A DNA stretch of 64,000 nt from Octopus vulgaris (lineage: Eukaryota). A program made the position numbers and the translations under genes. The DNA is taken from contig OX597817.1 in the NCBI GenBank assembly GCA_951406725.2, forward strand, positions 86,738,001 through 86,802,000, given 5' to 3'. Of the stretch, positions 56,731-64,000 are shown in pieces. The notes beneath the pieces were generated by a model. It searched no databases, was not told the DNA's origin, and saw only the letters and a list, made by a program, of their open reading frames with translations. Each line of letters starts with the position of its first letter. The first letter of the stretch is position 1.

Positions 56731-59700
56731 CAAGATAAGAAAATGGAGAAATACATCTAAATCAAATATCAATTACCAGATAATACTCAATCACATATTT
56801 TATTAAACCACCACATAAGAGACTTTAGGGTTAAACATAAAAAAGCAGAACAAATCAGTGTACATAGAGGAATGTACATAAAAGAGTGATGTTATATAAT
56901 AAGTAGAATATATATATAAAAAGAGAATATACATATAAGTAAATATAAATATAAGTATAGATTACATCTTACAGCTGTTTCGGCCATGTAGATAAGTATG
57001 TCTCATTTTACCAATATTGGCCTTAATGAGACATACTTATCTACATGGCCGAAACAGCTGTAAGATGTAATCTATACTTATATTTATATTTACTTATATG
57101 TATATTCTCTTTTTTATATATATTCTACTTATTATATAACATCACTCTTTTATGTACATTCCTGTATGTACACTGATTTGTTCTGCTTTTTATGTTTAAC
57201 CCTACAGTCTCTTATGCGGTGGTTTAATAAAATGTGTGATTGAGTATTATCTGGTAATTGATATTTGATTTAGATGTATTTCTCCATTTTCTTATCTTGT
57301 ATTAGTAATTTGTGGTAAATCATTTTACCTTTGCCCATATAATACAGTAAATGAATTGATTGCATTGCAATCCTTAACATTTATGTATTAACTTTGTTGG
57401 GTACTTCACTAGCAGTATATTGGATATATGTTATCCCATGGAGGGTTGCATTTACAACCCCTATCTCAATTTGTATATATATATATATATATATATATAT
57501 TTTTTGTGAAATAGAAAGATGAATAATCTTGTTGCAGATTAATCAAAAGTTTAACCGATACCTTGGTAACAAAAATCACAGCAGAAGACAGCACGGTTGG
57601 AGGTACAACCATATGGTGTTGCAACCATGCGTTGGTGCGGATAATTGAATTTTAATATTATTGGTGAATTGAAGAAATGGAGTTGAACAAAGATTGAACA
57701 GAAATCGTTTTATTGCATTCTACACGTGTTTCGAAAGCCACAATTTACCAAATTCCGATTGAATAAGGAGACCATATTGTGTCTTTCTCTTCAGGAAGAA
57801 ATAGGAAATCCGTTGGAAAAAACAAAAACAGAACAGAGGCGGAGCAAAACAAATCGAACGAGGCTCCTAAGAGCCCATGGCCAAACTGTTTATCAATGTA
57901 TGTTGAAAACGGGTGGTGGGTGCGTTGAAGATTTTAACAGGTCAGGCAGCGGTCATTCCGGTGGGTGAGAGCACGGGGTGCTTAGATGTTCTTTGTGACC
58001 GAGACTAAAGTTCTGACTATTTAAAGAATATTAGGTGTATTATATGGGGCGAGACAAAATCTACTTAGAAACATGTGTGTGTGTACTGTTCTATATATGC
58101 GCGGCCGCAAGTTGGTAAGAAGCGCTACACTCTGGTCACTGCTGAGAAATCCGTCAGGGTGTAGAAAATATTTTATGTGTTCGTATGTGCGTTTGATCGC
58201 GCGGCCGTCAGTTGGTAAACAGCCCTACACAATGGTCACTGCTGTAAAATCCGTCAGGCGGCAGAAAAATATTTTATGTGTGCGTGTGTTCGTCTAATCA
58301 TGCCTTGTCAAAGAAACCCCCCCGTCGTCAAAATAAAACACCATTCGTCTCCCAGGAGTAATTCCCCTTGCAATGGTTAATCATATTTCTCTTAAAAGCT
58401 TTTTCAAAATTTATTTCCAAGGGCTATTTTCATATAAGTAGTGTAACCGGGTGCAGGTATTATTTATAAGCGTTATTTATAAGCAAGATAAATATAACGC
58501 CGCCAATGGGGGCATCGAAAAGCCGACTGTAAAAGTCCGTTTACCATCCGGTCTCTGGCGAACAATATATGGAAGAGTTCGGAGACACAAAGGTTGCACG
58601 CTTATAAATAATACCTGCACCCGGAATGTGGATGGTTAATCAAATTAATACGTTTGTCAATGTTATCTAGTAATTGTCTTTTGAGATATAACATCGATCA
58701 TCATTTGTTACTGAAAGAACACTAGCTCACACATACAATCAACCACATACTTCCTTTGTACATGCACATACATACATATACTCACACAGTGTTGAAATAT
58801 TGATTTGTTTTTTCACCCTTGCCTTCTTTATTCATCTATCACCCCTTCCTTTCTCATGTTGTGATGGAGAAAGACACAAGAGTATTATTATAGTAGATTA
58901 TTGAAAGCCTTTGAAGTTTATGAAAGTTAGCTTTTTTAATTCCCTTTTCTTTTTATATATTAAATAGGTTAAAGCTGAAGATAAAGATCGAGGCAAAAAT
59001 GGCGAAATTACTTACACACTGATTGAGAGTAGCACTGAAAAATTACCATTTCAGATTGGTAGTGAGTCTGGTAACATTACTGTGAAGAAGAGCTTATTGG
59101 ACCAACATGGAATTTATAACATATTGGTAAAAGCTACTGACAATGGAGCTTCAAAATTATATGACCTATGTCTGTTGACCATAAATGTGTTGGATGTCAA
59201 TAACAATGCCCCGAAATTTGACCAGGCTGAATATTTACACATAGAACAAAAAACCATACCTGTTGGACAGTCTGTATTTACTGTCCAAGCAACTGATGCT
59301 GATGAAGGCAAGAATGCAGACATTTATTACAACATTAGCAGTGAATATTTTTCTATTGACCAAAATGGTATCATCACTGTATCTAAACCTTTAACCAATG
59401 TGAGTTCTTTTCTTTTTTTATGTCTATATTGTATAGCAGATTAATAATAATAATGACTAATTGCTCTATCTATTTCATAGGAAGGCAGTCTTACACAGGA
59501 GAGGGCAGTTTTTCTCATGACAAAAGGAATGAGCCAGTTTTAATTGGGAATTGAAGTTATAAGATATAAATCTGCTAGACAGAATTTTGTATTGCTCTGC
59601 TGTATTTCACACACACACACACACACATACATGTGTGTGTATGAAGAGCTTTCTCTCAAGACCTCTTCCACAATGAAACGTCTTCACACATCCAAGATTC

Positions 59701-61720
59701 TACACAAATGTATTTTATTCAATGATGCTTCATATGTGTGTGTATAAAAACACTAAGAGCATACAGGAAATATATTTTCTCAGATACTTAGGAGGTTACC
59801 TAGAGGTAATAGTTACCATCTATAACCTAGTTACCTAATTAGCAATGAAGGAGGAAGTTCTGAAAGTATACTTGCGAGAATAGCAACTGGCTGGAGAAAG
59901 TTCCGGGAGCCATGGCTTATTGATAATGAAAGTTTTCTTTCTGAGTGAGAGGCTGATTGTATGAGGCCTGGGTGGAAAATGTAATGGTCAATGGTAGTAA
60001 GATGTGGATCTGAATGCATAAGGTTTGTGAAGATTAGATAGAAATAAAGCTAGCATGCTCCTTTGAATGTGAAAAGTCTGTGTGTATGGAGGATAAAATA
60101 CAAATACACTGAGAAAAACTGGGTAGGAGTAGAATCAGTTATTTGCAAGGAAAAAAACTACTGGTATAGTCATGTGATGCTCATGAATAAAGACAGCTGT
60201 ATACAGATTTACCAATTGCTTAATGTGAATGGAACTTGTAATAGAAGTCAACCCAGGATGATATGGAATGAAGTAGTGAAAGTTGATCTCATGACTTAGA
60301 TGCCAATATGATAACAAATTACTGATACTTGAAAATACCTACCCATCTCAACAAAACTGAAATTCCAGAAATATAACGTCTATATACACAACCAGGACCC
60401 TTGCCCAACTTCTTTGTCAAGCCTTTCCTTCCACTCCCTCCACTTGTCGAACTGATGTATCCTGCTGTTGTAATTAAATCCTAGCAGAACTACAAATATT
60501 TTTTCCTGCTGACTTGCCTCTATCAGTACTTCTCCTTACTCTCTCCATGCACTTCTTTCTCTCCACTCATACTCTTGCAACCTGTCTATCCACTCCCTTT
60601 CTCTCATCCTCGTCTTGCCTACTGCATTCTACTGCTCTTTACCTTTCTGTACTGCCAGTCAGCACCTTCTTTCCTCAACTTTCCCTCCAATTCATAAGTA
60701 TCATTAATCACCTCTCTGCCATTCACTACTTTTACCCCTCTACTCTCTGCTACCTTCCACCCAACTGTATTTATCATTAACCCACCACCATCACCTCACT
60801 CTTTGCTCACTTACCTCATCTCTAATCATCCTTCATTCTCTCAATACTCACTTGCAACCGCTATCGACCCACCCTTCCTGCTCTTCTTCCCCAGGACCCA
60901 CCATAACACCTCATCACCACCATCTTTGTCTCACTACAGCTTCATACTGATTATTCCCACCCACTCTTGTATAATGTGAACAGCCATTTATCTCCTCTGT
61001 AACATCAAAAAACATGTTCTGGCCTCTTCCTTTATACTCCAACCTCTCCTAGCAAAAAATGTTTCCTTCTCTACTATTGACCTACTCATTATAAGAGGTA
61101 GTTAAGACTTGTGAACTACATGGCATCCTTGTTGTTGCTGGTATAAAAAATCACCCAACACTCTCTATAAAGAGAGAGTTGTGTGTGTGTGTGTGTTCGT
61201 GAGAGTTCATATTTCTTCATCTTCACATACATTCACTCACCAAGTGTAAAACAAATGGTTTAACTAATGGTGCTCTTTGCTTACAGTCCACCAAAAAAAG
61301 CATTTCTGGGCTTCTTGATATGATTTTACATGTTGCTAACGCTCATTTATATGATAATGTTTGTTTCCAGTTCCCCAAGTAAACATTTGCAGGCAGTTTC
61401 TTGCTTGAGAGACTGGGAGTTTATTACTTCACTTAGAAACGAGTGAAGATTAGTAACTGGAAAGATGCCTGGTCATAGAAAATTCTGCCTCACATAAATG
61501 TCAACTGATCCATGCAAGCATGGAAAGGGTGATATTAAAACAATGATGACATTGTATTGTGTGTATGTTTGTGTATTTTATGTTATGCTTATAAGTGATG
61601 TACTTTCACAGAATTTTGTGACTCGGGTCCACTAAAAGAAATGACTCTAAATCTTTAAGATATCTAGGTAAACAAAGTAAGGACATGCTAGCTTGTAATG
61701 ACTTTACTCTGCCCGTTTTC

Positions 61721-61765
<45 letters not shown>

Positions 61766-61820
61766 GTAGTAGTAGTAGCCATCCGTCAGTCTTAAGAAAC
61801 TATTGTGCTTTGTGTGCGTG

Positions 61821-61857
<37 letters not shown>

Positions 61858-63721
61858 ATGCTGAGAAGTTACTGGCTTTGGGTAAAAGAAAATACAAGAG
61901 GATAAGTTGATCATGATTTTATTCCACATGTTTCCCTCTCAGTTTCACACACTTGTTGCAGTGGTTCTTCAGTTTTCCTAAACTCTTTAAAAGAATTCAG
62001 AAGGTAAGGCCTTTGACCAGACCTTTTGTGATACCCTTAAAGTCAGGAACTTTCCAGTACCCAACCTTGTGTGTGTGTCTGTAAACATATTCAATGTGTG
62101 TATATATATATATATATATTATATCTATTCAAATTATTTGTCTTTCAATTGTAGTATACTGGTGATTCAATAGATTTGACTGTGAATGCTTTTGATAAAG
62201 GTGCAAAACCCCTCAGCAGTTCAGTGACTGTGAAGATTCAATTCCAGAGTAATCTTACCAATGTCCCTTCATGGTTAAATCAAACAGGTCTTGTTATTAA
62301 AGTCCGTGAAGACCAGGATCGGAATGTACCGTTTGCCTACCTTCTTGCGGAATCTAATATACCGGATAAAACTCTTACATTCTGTCTAACTGATTGCCGT
62401 AAGACTTTTGAAAATTTCAAGATCCATGGTGAGGATAACAAGATGTTAATAGCTCTAAGGGAACAACTTGATTATGAAACAAAAACAAGTTACCAAATAT
62501 GGGCAAAAGTGATGGTAAGACGTTTTTTTTTCTTTTTGTCTTTCATTTCATTAAACTTTTTTTTAATTTGTACAGTTGTTAAAGATTTTGCTAATCAGGT
62601 AAAGTAGATTTTCTTTATACAATGTAATTTTGAAGTATATTTCAATTAGCCTCATTAAACTTCATTTAGTACAGTTGTTAAATGTTTTCATCAGCTGAAA
62701 TGAATTCCTTTGTGATACAATGAAATTTCGAAGTCTACATAACTGAATAGAAACCTTAGTTGTTTCTCTTCATTGGTATCTGGATATTGTAAGAGATCTT
62801 TTCTTAGACACATACAGCAGCTTCTTACATGTTTATGAATAACCATTTCAGTAAAAAAATGTTTATTTATAACAGGCTTTAGATGAGAAATTAGTACATC
62901 TCATTTTTATTTAGGTAATAATTATTTCTTAGGAAAGAAGGAAACTGCATCTGGTAATAGTAATGCCAATATATTCTACTTAGATTGAACTATAGTACAT
63001 ATCTGAAGAAATAAAGAGACATTAATATGGATTCAGTCACATTCAAATTTTTTAAATAGTTTCCCATTTTGGATTCCAACTTGTAAAGACTGCCTCTGTT
63101 TTATGGTATAAATTTCCCGTTTTAAAGTGAATTAAGTTAAAACCTTCCATCAAAATGTTCTTTCATCTTCCAAACACCAACTTAGTAATTGCTATTTCAC
63201 TAAATTCATCATTATTTTCAAAATTAATTGAAACAAAGACTGTATGCCAACAGAAATATGGTAACAAAAGTTTTTGTTAAAGTTATGTATAAATTGTAGA
63301 ATTCTGTTTTTTACAAATTCAATAATATCCATTTATAGGCAAGGAAGATGTTTGTAACCCAGCATTTAAACTTGGGAGAAATTTTTTTCGATAAATCTTA
63401 AAATGCTAACAATATTAACTACTATTCTTTTAATATTAATTTCTTTAACTAACACCAGACAACTTTACTGTGTATTATCATCATCATGTAAGTTCTTGCA
63501 ATTCTTATTCTTTTCAGAATCAACATGTACCAACTCCATTACAAAAAGAAATCCGTTTCACCATAGAAGTGCTGGATACCAATGATAATACTCCAATATT
63601 TGACAAGTTCGATACTACCCAGGGAGTTTATATTGGATATATATCTGAGAATATGAATGTATCGACATCAGTTATTCAAATATTTGTTAGTGATAAGGAT
63701 CCTACACCAGAATTTAGAAAT
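36242..63721 (+). CDS. DN-cadherin/neural-cadherin-like classical (type III-like) cadherin, partial gene, 10 exons: 36242-36418, 37870-38104, 40320-40548, 41482-41593, 43123-43258, 48613-48851, 53450-53727, 58968-59399, 62155-62514, 63518-63721
   Basis: Every exon has an AG acceptor with a pyrimidine tract and a GT donor. Phases chain correctly (1,1,2,0,1,2,1,0,0,0,0), giving 2402 nt. Cadherin motifs: LDYE, DxD (DRDAG, DKDRG, DADEG), DVNNNxP, DTNDNTP. Segments PYFLNRPKPLKAVV, GALPPQF, VKSFSGK, VTDDHFEV, ATDEQCCC..HTS and DVNNNKPKFSECSSY are collinear, from memory, with Drosophila CadN (PYFINRPLPMQAVV, GKRAPQF, AKSFADR, VSDDHFAV, AMDDGSCC..HTS, DVNDNKPVFKDCSTY). Confidence 0.93.
37870..38104 (+). 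CDS. cadherin exon (NKYFELNKDTGDI...FENNQANQ)
   Basis: tacag| acceptor, GA|gtatgt donor; F-x-L-x-x-x-TG-x-I cadherin motif. Confidence 0.92.
39283..40120 (+). mobile_element. young 5'-truncated RTE-clade LINE (ORF C-terminus, 3' UTR, (GAT)n tail)
   Basis: RRLRWYGHVARMDED...GRGRPRKTWDEVV is a typical RTE C-terminus; CpGs retained; ends gctaaacaatgatgatgatg. Confidence 0.9.
40320..40548 (+). CDS. cadherin exon (IENLSIAVKSF...LTSSVP)
   Basis: tttctag| acceptor, CCA|gtaagt donor; phase fits both neighbours. Confidence 0.88.
41482..41593 (+). CDS. cadherin exon missed by the ORF track (LTVHIIDVNSEPSFTIQEYRSLPINEDVAVGTEIKKT)
   Basis: tttgtttttag| acceptor, G|gtttgc donor; DVNxEP linker and I-x-E-D motif; phase 0 to 1 fits. 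Confidence 0.9.
42693..42902. repeat. exact 103-bp tandem duplication
   Basis: aaagaatattagttttat...aactatatgc occurs twice, head to tail. Confidence 0.95.
43123..43258 (+). CDS. cadherin exon (LKIIAIDRDAGKNAEIVF...LVVR)
   Basis: ccctttcag| acceptor, AA|gtaagt donor; A-x-D-x-D-x-G-x-N motif. Confidence 0.93.
44045..44290 (-). mobile_element. young RTE 3'-tail copy; related copies near 5140-5340, 16530-16690, 28750-29060, 29845-30020, 38345-38550, 43680-43880, 56554-56681, 63900-64000
   Basis: (CAT)n-cgtttaacgtc...ctggatgcccttcctaacgcc, matching 39960-40120. Confidence 0.85.
44545..45211. repeat. ~333-bp near-identical tandem duplication
   Basis: Two copies with few differences; produces the duplicate ORFs 44443-44715 and 44748-45047. 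Confidence 0.92.
45330..46280 (-). mobile_element. old degenerate RTE reverse-transcriptase fragment
   Basis: Minus strand gives broken VRQLQKKY..LAFVDIEKAF-like motifs around 46170-46245. Confidence 0.6.
48613..48851 (+). CDS. cadherin exon (PLDYEKQ...DPDKDNVCFYF)
   Basis: ttgcag| acceptor, G|gtaaga donor; LDYE and ASDLGDPP motifs. Confidence 0.95.
48995..52100 (-). mobile_element. CR1/L2-group LINE relic (APE endonuclease plus reverse transcriptase), disrupted
   Basis: MGDFN, PTRANNILDL, GPDG, NYRPISLTS, QHGFRPGRSCLTQLL, DVIYLDFAKAFD, SGVPQGSLLGPLLF and YADY (normally YADD), spread over several frames with stops and frameshifts; Cys/His-rich ORF1-like piece near 51940-51990. Confidence 0.92.
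52192..52725 (-). mobile_element. second, 5'-truncated copy of the same LINE family with its 3' UTR
   Basis: RYCNSLGFRGPQFFNI...FKIKLDLLL..VPDEP; paralogous to 49000-49260; 3' tail ends in an A-rich run at a microsatellite. Confidence 0.88.
52729..52837. repeat. short fold-back hairpin, ~46-bp arms and 16-nt loop
   Basis: aggagatatatttaagaatttacaaaaaattgtagaggaataactg and its reverse complement, one indel. Confidence 0.9.
53450..53727 (+). CDS. cadherin exon (NFKNTYEMFAID...SFIIQ)
   Basis: tttcag| acceptor, CAG|gtaaat donor; EDVNNNKP motif. Confidence 0.95.
55691..56013. repeat. compound (TA)n/(CA)n microsatellite; other long (TA)n tracts at 2811-2851, 21140-21172, 56485-56551, 56682-56726, 57474-57500, 61723-61762
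   Basis: Direct inspection. Confidence 0.97.
56014..56306. repeat. 32-bp inverted repeats around a ~230-bp core
   Basis: ttaaaaatggagaagagaagatgctaaaattt (56014-56045) matches the reverse complement of 56275-56306 at 30/32. Confidence 0.8.
56728..57302. repeat. long inverted repeat (arms 56728-57007 and 57025-57302, 17-nt spacer)
   Basis: Arms are reverse complements with only a handful of differences; starts directly after (TA)n. Confidence 0.95.
57500..58440 (-). mobile_element. CpG-rich non-coding element carrying the hammerhead; probable Penelope-like terminal-repeat or retrozyme-like relic
   Basis: Abuts (TA)n at 57474-57500; CpG-rich compared with the flanks; hammerhead plus polyA signal; internal 100-bp direct repeat. 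Boundaries are approximate. Confidence 0.5.
57718..57797 (-). ncRNA. minimal hammerhead ribozyme (type I, Penelope-like-element style)
   Basis: Minus strand reads ttc-CTGAAGA-gaaagacacaat-(31 nt)-attgtggctttc-GAAA-C-ACGT-G-TA-gaa. Both core boxes are intact, stem II pairs 11/12, stem III is the palindrome ACACGTGT, the cleavage triplet is GUA, stem I is 3 bp, and AATAAA follows at 57714-57709. Confidence 0.8.
58447..58624. mobile_element. MITE with perfect 27-bp TIRs
   Basis: ccgggtgcaggtattatttataagcgt ... acgcttataaataatacctgcacccgg; AA on both flanks. Confidence 0.85.
58968..59399 (+). CDS. cadherin exon (VKAEDKDRGKNGEITY...KPLTN)
   Basis: aatag| acceptor, AAT|gtgagt donor; two DxD motifs and LDVNNNAPKF. 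Confidence 0.95.
59780..61170 (+). mobile_element. old RTE 3' fragment with pyrimidine-rich 3' UTR
   Basis: WYSHVMLMNKDSCI...RSQPRMIWNEVVKVDL, homologous to the 39324-39599 ORF. Confidence 0.65.
61850..62070. mobile_element. Tc1/mariner-type MITE inside a (CA)n/(TG)n tract
   Basis: Imperfect TIRs acgaggggatgctgagaagttactggctt / aagtcaggaactttccagtacccaaccttgt. Confidence 0.6.
62155..62514 (+). CDS. cadherin exon (YTGDSIDLTVNAFDKG...WAKVM)
   Basis: ttgtag| acceptor, ATG|gtaaga donor; AFDKG and LDYE motifs. Confidence 0.93.
63518..63721 (+). CDS. cadherin exon (NQHVPTPLQKE...DKDPTPEFRN); gene continues past the window
   Basis: ttttcag| acceptor, AAT|gtaagt donor; LDTNDNTP and SDKD motifs. 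Confidence 0.94.
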
Positions 63722-64000
63722 GTAAGTGTCCATCTAGACACCTCATCACTACAATTTTATCTCTTACCTCCTCTACACAATCACTCCCACCCTCTCTCCA
63801 AAATGAAAGCTGTCATGGAACTCTTCTAAAACAAGAAATCTGTTCTTTTCTGGCTCCTTTTCTCATGCCCCTCATCTCCTAGCATATAGTTGTACCCCTC
63901 CCTTGACGTTTGTAGTCTTGCCAGCTGCATGAAAACTTCATTTGTGCTGGTGGCACAAAAACTGCATCCAGTACACATTGTAAAGTGGTTAGCGTTAGGA

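Noticed and set aside
36242-63721. Protocadherin identity, or mutually exclusive duplicated exons as in insect CadN
   Set aside because: The intron-rich ectodomain and CadN-specific motifs argue against a clustered protocadherin; no duplicated exon copies were seen by eye in these introns.

Overview
Eukaryotic, AT-rich, repeat-dense genomic DNA. The SINE/LINE/microsatellite make-up points to an octopus (coleoid cephalopod); this is an inference. The main gene is a plus-strand, multi-exon DN-cadherin (CadN)-like classical cadherin. Ten GT-AG exons from 36242 to 63721 splice with consistent phases into about 800 codons (7 full cadherin repeats plus the start of an 8th), and the gene is open at both ends. 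The rest is intron or intergenic DNA filled with tRNA-derived SINEs, RTE and CR1-type LINE relics, a Gypsy LTR relic, mariner relics, hAT/piggyBac-type MITEs, a 36-bp minisatellite and microsatellites. The most notable signal is in the 53728-58967 cadherin intron: a cluster of fold-back elements sitting among (TA)n/(CA)n tracts. It includes an intact-looking minimal hammerhead ribozyme on the minus strand (57718-57797), of the kind carried by Penelope-like elements, and a ~575-bp near-perfect hairpin carrying the 3' half of a second hammerhead. Nearly all other ORFs in the track are spurious repeat translations.
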